Assembly: GCA_012295275.1 (NCBI GenBank)
Contig: CM022673.1
Location: 10,602,001 to 10,666,000, forward strand
Length of the DNA: 64,000 nt
Reading direction: 5' to 3'
Origin: Chrysomallon squamiferum
Lineage: Eukaryota; Animalia; Mollusca
The translations under genes were made by a program, and so were the position numbers. The notes under the pieces were generated by a model that saw only the letters and a program-made list of their open reading frames with translations, had not been told where the DNA came from and did not search any database. Shown here in pieces: positions 40,211-52,960 of this stretch (positions are counted from its first letter, which is position 1; each line of letters opens with the position of its first letter).

Positions 40211-43200
40211 TTAAATGTAACTTAGAACCATTTCTTCAGAGCATGCAGGAGTTGGGGACCGTCTAGTACTGCTCAACATGACATCATTTTTCACAATGAT
40301 TTCTGGAACAATCTGACTCTGGTGTTCTGTTTCTTCAGCCACATTCTGATCACTGAAGGAATCATTCTGAAATAAGCACAAAATGCATATCCATGAATGA
40401 GACAGTGCATTTTGACAGTGACTTAAGCAAATATTCATTCATTTTAAATATCATTAATCCTGTTTTACTAACACTACCCAAGATGAAGTGCATTTAGATA
40501 AAAATAAATGTAATGTCATATATTTGAGAATTAAATAAATAACCATTTATTGTTAGCAAATTTAAATTAAAAAATTAATATCGATCATAAAAGGAGAGTA
40601 AATTCTTACAACACTGGATTGTTGTCCATCACTAGAAGACACGAAATGCTCAGGGACCAGTTGGTTGTTTAATTTATATGTTTCTTCAGACTTAATTTCC
40701 ACTGCAGGGACTCTTTGCCATTCTTGTTTAAACTTTTCTTCTGTCAGTGAAATACAACAAAGAAACAAATGGGAGCTTTTTAAAAATTAGTTAAAAATAC
40801 TGCATTCCAGTTTGTTTAACCCAACGGTGTGTTAATAATTCAGTATATCAAACAGACAGTGATTTATTTATTTTTTTATTTTTAACAAATCAATTTTCTA
40901 TTATATATAAACAATAAATAAATGTAATACTAATAATATAATCCTATCGCTGACTTCTATCCTAAAAAATAACAAATGACAAACTAACAAACACAATAAA
41001 TCTACAATATTTTACATATATATATAAATTAGGAACTCAAAAGTGATTTAGAAATACAAAATTGACTCTGAACTGTAACTGTAGAACTTTTTATCATGAT
41101 TTCATTGACAAAAAATTCAAAGTTCTCTATGAAATAGTTCCAAAGTTGGGGCTGTTTGCTCACATTTTTAAGAATTCTTGGTTTTTAAGGGCTCACTCTG
41201 AAGTGAGTCTGTCTCTGACAAATCTTATTTCATAACATGTCATGCTATTGTTCCTAATATCCAGTCTATTTTTTATTATAACTCTGCAAATTATATTTAC
41301 ATTGAAATGTGAAGCCAAAGTTAGTAAAATCATACATTTGTTCTAGTTTTTATACCAAATTATACATTTTATACATTTAGAAGGGATAAATTAGAAAATC
41401 TGAAATGTTAATTTTTAGTTCTAATAAAGGCATACTAAGAACACATGGACAAAAACTGAATGGATATTACAATGTGATATAAATGTAAATTGAGCAGACA
41501 CTGAATTCTCAAGGCTATTTTTAGATCACAGCATCAGCTGAGAAACTGAAGACATGTGACCATATGTTTTTCTGCATTTTTGAGCATTGAAAATGTTTAA
41601 AAAACTGCTCAAAACCTTCACAGATTTTGTGGTGAACACAACACAGCCTATAACTAACATAATGCTGGGAAGTGATGTACTTATATAATTTTGATGATTT
41701 ATTAACCAAGGTGGAGGCAAAACCAGACAATGAATACCTAACTGGCTTTGATATCATTTCAACCCAATTTTAATCAATTAGATATTCAACTGCCATTTTA
41801 TGAAAAGAAGGATCATTTTGCTCACAAACAAGAACCTTCAAACAGAATTCAGGAGGTTACAGAAAACCAGTGTGATCAGTCACTTTCTGATTCTAAAGTG
41901 AACCAGCTTCAATGGCCATGAATTAACACATTGTTTGGCAGAAAACATGATCTGATGACATCTCTCTCATGTAGAACATGTGGTTGTATAGATCCTTTAA
42001 GCTTCAATTCAACGGTGTTTTAAAAGAAAAAATACTTCCCATTCCAGTGATAATCTTTGAAATAGTCTCGTCCAAAAATAACCAAGCGACTTTACTGAAG
42101 TTTTTCCTCAGATATTTGTAATGTGTTTGTATGGCAAAACTTTTTACATTTGACAGTCAAATGAAGCTAAGATACTGAACTTCTGTTTGGACATGGCTAT
42201 TTATATGAAGCAAGTTCACAGTCTTGTACCATAAGCATAAAACATTGTGTATGAAACATGTTTGGAGAAACATAACAAGATGGCTGCTACCTCAAGGCAC
42301 TTTTTCAGGATACAAGGTAAAATATGTGCAATAAAAGCAAAGATAAGACATCAGATTTTCCATTCATGCAGTTTTTATTCGGATAGGGCCTCAAATAAAG
42401 AATAAATTAATCATTCAAAAGTCAATAAAAATAGGTTAAAAAAAACAATATTGTAGATGAAAAATAGAGGTGTTTTTCAGTACCTATATATAAATATATA
42501 TAAACTAAGAAATTGTTAAATTATTTCACAACAGTACTAACTTTGGAGAAATCCTGAGAAGTCTAAAGGTTTAACATCCAAATCAAGAAGATCTGCACTT
42601 AAACTGGAACTGGAACTTGAATCAGTGTTGATTTCAAGTGCAGCTAATTCTTGTTGACATAAGAAATCTCTGTTCAAACAAATAGAAATAAATAAAAATA
42701 AATAAATATCAGTAAGGAAATAGTGTTAGCTAAACTGCATAAAAGATAATGTTATGTAAAATCAACAAAAAAAACTTTTATTTTAAACTGTTGTCTTGAT
42801 AATAAAAAAGAAATAAGAAATATAATTTAACATCTGATAAGTTAACATTGATGTAAATGCTTTAAATATGTATTTTGTAAATACATACTCATTCAATTCG
42901 GAATAGTTGTCATCTCTATTGGTCTTTTTTTCTTTGGGATAATATCTAATAAAAGGAAAAAATAAAAGTAACAACAAAAACAATTACACATATGAATTTT
43001 TATATTTAAGAGAACTATTGGGAAAATATGCATTGTTTATTTTCTAAAAAGAAGAAGCATCAATGTAAATGGAACAGCTTATGATTCAGTTGTTACACTG
43101 CATAATTCACTTAAAAAGTGCATTTACACTGAAATATAATTGCTGAAGCTACAATGAAGCCTGAAATGAATAATTCAGATATTTAAGTCAACATTAAACA

Positions 43201-43938
43201 GAAATTCACACTTCTCAGTTTTGTTTCATTGATGTTATAGATAAGAATTTTTTAATTTTGTTTTAAAAATAACCTACAGTTCAAGTTGCTTTTTGCATCG
43301 GGGAATATAACCAGATTTTGATTTCTTTCTACTTTTCATTTTCTCAAGATCTCTATAAAGGAAAAAGAAAGACTTTATCACCATCTATAAAATTCTAAAT
43401 GATTTAATACATTTAAATAAATTAGTCAAATATTCATTTTAAAAGTTTTAAATATGAATGTAAGAATTCTTAAGAGTGAAACTATAAATATTATTATTGA
43501 AAAGTGATAATGCCACGTATATTTTACATACAACTGAAAAGTATTTAATTATTTTTCTTTACTTATTTATTACTGTATTACATTATATTAATTAATTTTC
43601 TAAAAAGATGAAAAGAAATATATTTAAAACAATCTGATTACCAGTAATAAAGGGAAAGAAAATTCTTACATTTTTCTCTTAAAAGCTTGAATTTTAGCTT
43701 TTCTGTCGTCAAAATAGTTACTGTGGATATCAGACTGTTTTTCTGGAGTGCTGAAAATAATATTTTTTTTAAGGTTATGATGGTGATTGATAATAAATCA
43801 TTAAATCACATAAATTATCACTCTATTCTAAATTATTATTCTAGGTAAAATCTGATTATTAAAAATGGATTACAGAAAATGGAGAAAAATGCAGAAAAAT
43901 TAAAATGTATAATTAACACCATGACAAAACCAACGATA

Positions 43939-43975
<37 letters not shown>

Positions 43976-44552
43976 ACACAAAAGAAACATTTCTGTTGGG
44001 AGGAGATATTTTAATTTTTCTTTTTTTAAGAAATATATTTTAGCCTTTATATATGTTATATATGTATCTAGATAAATTGATAGATAAATAGATAGATATA
44101 GATGTAGATGTAGATAAAGTTACAGAAATAGATACTGTTTAATATATATTTGTAATATGTCGAAACCTTTCTTGTGGACACAGATCTCCTTCATCTTGGT
44201 CCAAAACATCAAAGGTTTCCAGACAGAGAAGATTTTTTGATTCTACATTATCATCCACAGGCACCTAGTCAATAATTAATGAGTAGATTTTGTTCCCATA
44301 TAAGCAAACAACAAATTAATAAGTAATAATAGAAAGTATAACTATTGTTCATATCTTTTTGTTATGAAATTCTTTGCTTGCATAATTATTGACTTAACAA
44401 AGAATTTAATTTTCTGAACACCAAAACATGACAATTTTATTGTAAATCTTAAAGCAATAATTTTTATTTTATCTTCTTAGTATATAATATCTATTTATGA
44501 CTGTAGATTTTTCATATTATCAAAGATACCCTTATTTTAAATGAAACATCTT

Positions 44553-44585
<33 letters not shown>

Positions 44586-47481
44586 CCTGTGACAGTGATG
44601 ACTTGTCTGCCTGTGGATTATTCTGTTGTGAACTAATTTCACTGGGAGTCTCAAGAAGCCATGGTTCTGATGGAAGCTTTATTGGAGTAAATCCAAGATT
44701 TATCTCGTTAGGTAGCTTTATGGGTGTGAAACCAAAACTCTTCAAGGGTGATTTCATTAATGTGGAATCTACACACTCACTCTTTGATGGAGTTACTTCA
44801 TCACCAGTCACGAAAGTCAGCTGAAAAAAAATAAAATAATAATAACTTATAAATAATAATAATTAAAAAAAATAATTAAATACATTTTTTTATTTTATTT
44901 AGAACTATGCCTTCCAGACAGCCTAAGGTGTAATAAATCTTGTCCTAAAACACTGATAATGAGAGCATGTAAAAAAAAAAACAATTTTCAGAATCATACT
45001 AATGATAAGGAATCAGACAGGCTGAACTACAGTTATAAAAAAATGATGATGAATTGCAAAAGAAAACTGCATTTTATTACAAAAGTAAAGAAACAAATTT
45101 ATGTAACCAACTGAAAATAATGTTGTGAAATTTTAATAATGACCTTCTTTGCAACCTTCTTAACACCATTTAATTCTATTTTCATTCCATTACTTTTATT
45201 TTGTTCACACAATGGAGTATTAAGTCCTATAGAAGCGGCATATTCCTTTTCATCATGAAAACCTCCAATCATTTTGTCTTTGATAGGGGTTTTCCTCGAT
45301 GTGATCACCATTGGAAGTGGTCTCAAAACTGAACAAGAATTAGCCCTTACTGGCCCACCAGTCCTTCTTGATTTGATGATATTTTCTTCCATGCTATAAG
45401 AAGAACCTGCGTTCTGGGTAGATGAATGTGGCTGTGGTTCATTTTCTTCTGTTGTTGTATTTACAACTGCCTAAAATACAACAAAATGTTTCAAAATAAT
45501 TTAAATGAGAATGGGAAAAATTAAGAACAACTTAAAATTTTCTATCCACTTTTTACCTCTCGATAACACAATACTATCAGCTAATATTTGCTTTATAATT
45601 TATACACTAATTTCTTAATTTCTGCAAGTTGTGAAAACTATAACTTTTTGCTGAATATTTTGTTTGTGGCTAATAACAAATTGTCCATTTCTGATTTAAA
45701 GAGTCAAAATGAATTCAGCTCATCTGTTGTTAAAAGTTTTTTTAATAAGCACACACACACGAATATATTATATATATCCAAAAAAAAACCTCATCATTTT
45801 CATCTTGATCTTGACAACTCTTTTTGTTTTGAGTTTCATGCATTGTCTGAGAGTCAACTTCAGTCAAGGGCAAAATACAAATTTTAGAAAGATCCACACT
45901 CATATCAAGTATCTGTTGTTGTATTTCTGAGAGCAAATTATAACGCCGTTTTCCCTGTGAAGTTCTGAAAAAGACAGCAATCATTAAATGATTTCATTAA
46001 AATATATCAATTAATATCTTCATGTTTACTTTTATTTATTTTTTATTTTCCTAAATATTAATATCTAAATAAAATTAGATAAAATCCGATATAGGAGAGA
46101 AAAAAAAAGGACAATTTATATATGGATTGGTATTAGATTTTTTAGATGCTTACTGTTGACGTGTCATAACATCTAGCCATGTGCACATATCAATGCAATA
46201 TCATAAACAACAGTTAAAACCCAAATTCCTCATGCAGTAAAAGAAAAAACATATATGTATATTGTCCATTTTCTTTAACATTCATAAATTAATAATGATA
46301 ATGAAAACATGTAAAAGATCAAGTATACTGTTTATAACACATACCAGATACACCAGGCAATTTAAACTTACTGCAAAAAAAGTTTACTCTGTTTTTCCTT
46401 AAAATCTGCATGAAGTTCATCTAAACTAGCAAGACACCACTGTTGTCCTTTTTTCCATAGAACTGCTTTCCCAGTTTCATTTGCTTAAATAAACCAATAA
46501 AACAAAACAAAATAAAAAATAAATTTTGTTTCTTTCAGTTAAATATATACATACTGACATGACTTAAGTTAATAAGTGAAAACAGATTTACAAAAAAATC
46601 TTTTAGAGATTACATGGAACAATATTGCATTGCTCAGTGTTGTCAACTTAATCATTTAAACTTTTTGTTGTTGTTTAAATATACCATTTTGCTCACCATC
46701 ACTAACTTTTAATGTTATTGCATTTGCATTTAATCATATCTTTCATTAACAACCAACATAAATTGTAATTAAATTTAAATTACCTTGTTGGTTAAAAAGA
46801 CAGTTAAGAGCATTTTCCAGGCTATTAATATGTTTTTCTGTTTCTTCCAGGACAAGTGACTAAAAATATAATTTATAAATAAAATAATGAAAATAATAAA
46901 ACATTCTTAATTATAAAAGTAAATAAAATCAGTAACACACAGAAATAATAATAAACAAGAAAAGAAAGGTGGTCTTAATTTTTGGATTGGTTATTATTCA
47001 TCAAATTTGTTCAAATATGGAAGAATATATTTAAACCTTCGATATTTTTTTCTTCGCTATTTTCTTGCTATCTTGAATAATAAATTTTAATGTATCATAG
47101 CATGAAGCAACACTTGCTCTCCATTTTGCATCTGACTGGCGACGGCGGACTCTCATGGAAATAGCATTATGGCTCATTTCCCTCTGAAAGAAACATAAAG
47201 CATTACAGTAATTCAGAAATCTGCACACAAACTAAAAAATTTGTAGAATATAATAATAATTTCTTAGAATATATTTTTATATTTTATTAGAATGTGTGTG
47301 TTCACTATAGCAGGTTCGTCTTTGCAAACGGAATTAACGTCTTGGAAAATGCTGCAACATAAATCATAAAGGTTAGAAAATTGCATAGTCAATTACTTAA
47401 ACAAAATGGTTATACGGCAATGTATATTTGTATTTTAAATATTACAGACAACATATTGTTTTTGTTTTACTTCTCGGTCAT
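40211..47481 (-). CDS. STRA8-like atypical bHLH transcription factor, about 598 aa; N-terminal exons uncertain
   Basis: In-frame exons 47471-47481, 47306-47351, 47037-47183, 46784-46859, 46372-46483, 45790-45964, 45144-45470, 44587-44820, 44167-44264, 43670-43750, 43278-43352, 42542-42669, 40610-40740, 40211-40366 (1797 nt). The bHLH RRRQSDAKWRASVASCYDTLKFII...KISKSLVLEETEKHINSLENALNCL, followed by ASLDELHADF, parallels recalled STRA8 (RRRLSQARHRATLAALFNNLRKTV...SKWQVLNKAKSHIPELEQTLDNL...SSLEEVKKEY). An upstream phase-0 ATG exon at 47658-47699 (MKSSGYYTAKKIQK) is also possible. The exon chain is well supported; orthology is less certain. Confidence 0.7.
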
Positions 47482-47725
47482 CTGAAGCTCGCGCTTTCTA
47501 ACGATTGTAATGCGGGAATTTCAAATAATGTACGGCCATGCAGAGATAGAATAATCTTTTAATTTAGTTTGTATAAACTATTATTTATCAACCATGAATA
47601 CCATACTGCAAATTAAAAATTAATATAATAAATTGATGGAGTGAAATTACAGTTTACCTTTTGAATTTTTTTTGCTGTATAATAACCAGACGATTTCATG
47701 TTATTTTGCCGGGCAGTTGTTTCCA

Positions 47726-47756
47726 TCACGTGAGCACGTGGCAGGTGCCCGATTGG
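47726..47756 (-). promoter_or_regulatory. E-box cluster plus CCAAT box upstream of the STRA8-like gene
   Basis: TCACGTGA (47726-47733), CACGTG (47735-47740), CAGGTG (47742-47747) and ATTGG (47752-47756) in a local GC/CpG island within AT-rich DNA. Confidence 0.65.
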
Positions 47757-48102
47757 CTATATTCCTGATAAAAATAGGAAACAATTTCTGTCGTCTGCTA
47801 ACTTATTTGTTACAATATTACACGACTAACCACGAATCTGTTACAACAATCTCAGTTAAGGAAATTTGTTATTATTTCTTTTCATTAAGTTCATACTTTA
47901 TCAGACATTATTATTATCATTATTATTATTATTATTAATTAATGTAGTATTTAGTTATCAAACGGCTCCATTCACAATGACATAAGACCAACTGTCAATG
48001 ATTCATTTAAATTGATTACATACGTGATCTTATTTATGTAAGTAATGTATCTATTTATGTATGTATGTTTGTCTACGTATGTGTAACCTTAATTATATAT
48101 AT

Positions 48103-48429
48103 CATGGCCGTAACTTCACTCTTTTTGAAATGAGGCAAACACATTTAATCGCCGTTAAACTTGTTTGATGTCTGATGTCTTTGAAGTCAGTTATGTCTTT
48201 CATCGCAACGATGACGGTAGACTTCAAACGGTAACCGTAAACATAAACGAATTCATTCAGTGAATATCGTTTCTATCGGAATAGAGATTTATATTTTACA
48301 TTATTTTTTTTTTATTTTTTTTTTTTAAATAAAATATTTTATAAAAGAAAAAAAAATTAAAAAAAGAAAAATCGTTACATTTCGGTATGAGGCATTTTCC
48401 CCATTTGCCTCAATCTAGTTACGGCCATG
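48103..48429. mobile_element. MITE (non-autonomous DNA transposon), 327 bp
   Basis: Perfect 13-bp TIRs CATGGCCGTAACT (48103-48115) and AGTTACGGCCATG (48417-48429), with subterminal TGAGGCAAA / TTTGCCTCA. It sits in a TA-rich site; no exact TSD is resolvable. Confidence 0.8.
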
Positions 48430-49093
48430 TATATTTCGACTGATGGATGGATGGATATTATAAATGTATTAAATTGTAATATTCAGCAAAAACTGTTTTA
48501 ATAATTCTGGTTATAGTAGACTGAAATCAAATATTTTTGATAATATCATGTTATTATTACAATAGATGTTGTAGTAACAGCATTAATTTATTTCTATTTC
48601 TGTATTTCCATTAGTTGGAGTATTAGTAGTAGTAGTAGTAGTAGCAACAGCAGCAGCAATATTAATAAAAGTGGTATTAATAGTAGTAGTAGTAGTAGTG
48701 GTGGTGGTGGTAGTAGTAGCAGTAATAATAGCAGTAGTACTGGTAGCAGCAGCAGCAGAAATATTTTATTTAATTATCATACATTATTAAATTATAAAAG
48801 TAATAGCTGTAATAACAGCAGCAGTAGCTGTAGTAGATATAGCTTGAGAACCAACAGTAACAGCAATCATAGTTGAAATAGCAGGAGTAGCAATAGAAAT
48901 TGTTCTAATAACTTAGTGATAATAACAGTAGAATTGTATTAATAAAACAAAAGAACAATATTTATATTTATAAAAATATTTATTACCAATGAGGCCAAAT
49001 CGACCCCGAATTTACAAACATAAATGCTTTCATAAAATAGCAATGAATAGTATAACGTTATAAAGACCGCCCCTTGGCATAAAATTAATCTTA

Positions 49094-49817
49094 TCAAATA
49101 TCATGTTTCTTGTTAGCAACCATATCCAGACTCTTCCCAGTATTTTTCCACTAAAAATAAACGAAACAGCAAGATGAATGAATAAAACAGTCTGATTCAG
49201 TGTTCAGCTTAACTAACGGGCTCAACAGCATTGGTCCAAGAACAAATACTGGACGAATCAGCGTTCAGAAACAAAGAGGACTCGTCCTTTTCGAATATGT
49301 CTTTTTGGTACGCACTGAGGAGTCTCATGCTGGTGGTGGGTGAAAATTCGCCACGACCGCGTATTGGCAGAAGTGAGCTGCTACCATAGGTATCACCAGA
49401 GAGATAGGCAGCTCTAACCAACCACTTATTCCATACTTTGTCTCGACCTTCGGTTGTGCAGAGTTGAAAATATCGGATTTTCAAAGCCGCAGTTGTTATT
49501 TTAAGTATGTATTCATGATCCATTGCAGATATTTTTATATAGTCGATGGGCATAATGGTTTTGAGTTCTAACCCTTCAACATCGAGGTTGTCATCAGATG
49601 TGCATTTGCACATGCGTCTGACGTCGAAGTCATCAAAGTTTGGGAATAAACGTCGGACCATGAACAAATAATTCCGAGACAGTGCCAACCAAACAACATC
49701 AACGGCATCTCCTTTTCCATCCATTTCCACAAACTGGCCTTCAACGACGACATTTTCTTTTATCATTTCCTTATACTCGTCTTTTAGAAGCAGCTTCTGA
49801 ACAGGACCTTTGTCCAT
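49094..49817 (-). CDS. GARIN/FAM71-like (Rab2-interactor-type domain) protein, 202 aa unspliced or about 218 aa spliced
   Basis: ORF 49209-49817: GPVQKLLLKDEY...VEGQFVEMDGKG...LELKTIMPIDYIKIS..DHEYILKI.....RYFQLC....RDKVWNKW parallels the recalled mammalian FAM71 N-domain (GKLQRQLYKGEY...FESDFIQITKRG...LELTRLLPLKFVKISIHD...FYLQLC...REDLFCYW). A probable 67-nt intron at 49151-49217 (CCC|GTTAGT...TTTTTAG) adds exon 49094-49150 (WKNTGKSLDMVANKKHDI*). A 5'UTR intron at about 49843-50189 is probable. Confidence 0.78.
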
Positions 49818-49919
49818 ATTTTAGCATAAATAAGAATGTAAGCCTACAAAATAAATCAAAGATACTTTACCCAAACCTTCAACATTTGAGCAAAAATTAC
49901 GGTACATATAATATTTAAG

Positions 49920-49923
<4 letters not shown>

Positions 49924-49994
<71 letters not shown>
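49924..49994. repeat. (CT)n microsatellite
   Basis: Uninterrupted CT run of about 70 bp. Confidence 0.98.
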
Positions 49995-49998
<4 letters not shown>

Positions 49999-50268
49999 GT
50001 TTAGGTAATAAATAAAATTATAAAAAACAATTACTATCTTGATACTTCACGCACGCAATCACATACACATAGTTTAAAGAAAACAAAAACAGTTAAAAAT
50101 TAAACAGTACTAAGTAAATAAATTTAACGTAAATTTTGCTAGTATATTCCATATTACGTTAATATTACATAGAAAAGGTATTAATTTACCTTACAATACT
50201 TAACTGACTGCAAAATGCAGTTACAGGATATGGATATTATTTTTACACGTTTGTAATTAGGTAGTATG

Positions 50269-50321
50269 TGACGTGATATAAATTATAGGAAATGACGTCA
50301 GTGTATTGTTCAAAGTGACGT
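50269..50321. promoter_or_regulatory. Putative bidirectional promoter with a full CRE, two CRE half-sites and a Sox-like site
   Basis: TGACGT 50269-50274, TATAAA at about 50277, TGACGTCA 50293-50300, ATTGTT 50305-50310, TGACGT 50316-50321. It lies between divergent ATGs at 49817 (-) and 50553 (+). Confidence 0.65.
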
Positions 50322-50552
50322 AAAATGAATTTCATAGTTCATACGCAGTCTTGAATTCTTGATACAGTATCATATTATACCTTTTAAAAAAAATATAAAA
50401 AAGAGAAAAATTCACCAAAATAGTTGTTTAAAAAAAGAGGAAAAGATTTTGAAAAACCTACAAAATTTAAAAATTGGAATACAGTAAAGTACTGAAACTT
50501 ACAAACAAATTTTAGAAAGGAATATTTATTTGTAAACAATAAATAAATCAAA

Positions 50553-51698
50553 ATGCCAATCAGTATCAAAATGTCAGAAAATTATCCCGGACTCTGTTCC
50601 GATGTGATTTTGGACTCACCATGCTATGAAACAGATTCCACTGGAAAAATTATTCGTGCTTCTTATATTGGAATAACCAAGATGGAATTTTTTATTGCAC
50701 ATCCAAAGATTACCAAGAAGGGCGATGATTCTGAACTGAGCGGTTTTGAACTAGATAGCTGTGTGCCACTTTCGTTAGCGCATCTGTCATTAATCGATGA
50801 ACGTTCTTGCAGGATTGCTGTATGTACCGAACTTGGTAACCTTTACTACTTTGAAATATGCAGTTATACTGGAGGTTACAATTGCGAATGGAGTGCTTGG
50901 CGTTCTTATATCGCAGACCACGATGACTTGCCACATTTTGGTTACAAACCTTGGAAAATATACGAAAGAGAATCTGACAATACGAAAGAGAACAAGAATG
51001 TTATGATTCTCAAAAGACCTGCAACATACTGTCTAGTGGATTCCGTAGGAACTCAGTCATCATCTCCGAAAGGAAAGGATGATATTCAGTTACTTGTTGA
51101 AAGTAATCAAAATTGTTCTGCTATTCTGAAAAATATAGCAATTACAGAAAATTCGAACATTATTAGTCACAACGTAACCGAAGTCGAACTATTTCATGAT
51201 GCATTATTATCAAAATATAAAATATCAGTTGTGAATAATTCATTGAAAACCAACAGTTCAGAAGTCACTCAAAATCCTATCGAAACAGAAAGCAAAGTAG
51301 ATAAAGGAGTAGACAGCGAAAGCGAACAGCCATGGTTCCGCCTACCCCAAGAACTTTCGGAAAATGAAACTGTCATAAATGATGATATTTCCGAGCTGTT
51401 TACTTCACTGCGGCCAGGTAAAGTGCCCCGTGCTGTAACTGGAGTTTTGTCTGATGTATCATTGTTAAAACGTGAAAATAATGAACATGTCAAGAGAGGA
51501 CACGGAATCAGAGCTAGCAAATCAGATCACTCTTGTCAAGCAATAAAAAATTCAAAGGAAGCTCACGAATATTGTCAGAACAAAATCGTCTGTATTCTAC
51601 TTGAATCAACAGGAGATTCGTCGCTTGCCATGCAGAAATTTTCGTGTTTAAGATTTAAACTGAATATTTCGGAAGATCTTCTAAAACAGTCCATGAAG
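50553..51698 (+). CDS. GARIN/FAM71-like large exon A1 (382 codons); putative alternative first exon of the downstream RasGEF gene, or a stand-alone 391-aa ORF ending at 51728
   Basis: Colinear paralog of 54774-55844 (GLCSDVILDSPC / GLCTEVVLESPC; GFELDSCVPL / GFELLCCVPL; RSCRIAVCTELG / RSCRIAICTDMG; FGYKPWKIY / FGYKSWQIY; LKRPA..CLV.SVGTQ; NISEDLLKQSMK / NMSEQSLREYTK). It ends AAG|GTAAAT in phase 0 at the homologous codon. Confidence 0.8.
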
Positions 51699-52049
51699 GT
51701 AAATAGCAAATTATGTTTATACAAATAACTAGCATGCGCGCACACACTCATTGGCACAGACTTTTTTAACACTGAAAATAAGTTAATTTAGATTAGAGTC
51801 CTGGGCAATCAAATTAATCTTTTGTTGATTTTTATAAATGTCGACAGTGAAATTATATTATGAAACGAACAATTCCTAAAACAAACTTTGGTCCTTAACT
51901 TAATATTTAATGTGTATTGGAGAGGCTTTAGATAATAATTTGTTTTCTATCCATCCATCTTTATTCAGTCCACCCATCAGCTCATTTTTATCTCTCTGTC
52001 TATCTGTTTATCTGCTTATCTGTCTCTGTCTCACCCCGTCTCTCTACCT

Positions 52050-52233
52050 GTCTATACATTCATACACACATTCATACACACATCCAAAGATACATACGTA
52101 CGTACATATATAAATACATACATACATACATATACATGCACATAGATATACGTATCACATATTAATAATGTTTAGCCTGTTGGTTTTATAACATACACAC
52201 ACAACACTAGCCTTCGTAGCATTTCTCTGTTTT

Positions 52234-52285
<52 letters not shown>

Positions 52286-52960
52286 CACAAAAAATCATTA
52301 CGTATGGTCTTTAAAGTACTTACTTTGTTACCTGATTTTGATAATTTATGCTTTGAATTTTTGAAAGTTGTTAATTTAGTAGTATTTAATTTGGTACTTT
52401 CATTGTATTAGGTGATTTAAAGAAAGACAATGTTTGATAAAACATTATTTTAAAAACCCCTTAAATTATCATATTTACAGTGATGAAAAACATTGTTTGC
52501 AATTTGATAATGCTAATAGTGTACGGTTATATATTATGAAAACACACACAATTATACATTCATACATACATACATGCATTCATGCATTCATACATTCATA
52601 CATAAATATATACGTACACAAATATACACATATATTAATACCCCCACAGATATATTACAACAAAAAATTAACTCACATACACATTCGTAGAAACACAAAT
52701 ACATACATAAATCATGCATACACTCATACATACATACATACATCAAACATATATAAACAATCGCTCCACAGATATTTTACAATCAAAGATTTAACACGCA
52801 TACAAATTCGCACACATACACACCTATTCATACACACGTACATATATATATACATGCATACATACATACATACATGCATACGTACATACACACATACATA
52901 CGTACATTCATATATACATACATACATTCATATATACATACGTACATTCATACATACATG
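52050..52960. repeat. (CATA)n/(CA)n degenerate simple repeats
   Basis: Long stretches of CATA/TACA/CA units. They explain the spurious His/Thr/Tyr-rich ORFs. Confidence 0.85.

Noticed and set aside
43278-43352. RKKSKSGYIPRC as the start of an HMG box (would indicate MEIOSIN)
   Set aside because: Downstream exons lack the HMG helices and conserved W/Y residues, and the bHLH resembles STRA8 more than MEIOSIN.
47672-47938. 88-aa plus-strand ORF over the E-box cluster
   Set aside because: Non-ATG start, ends in a (TAT)n repeat, no recognisable motif; it overlaps the promoter.
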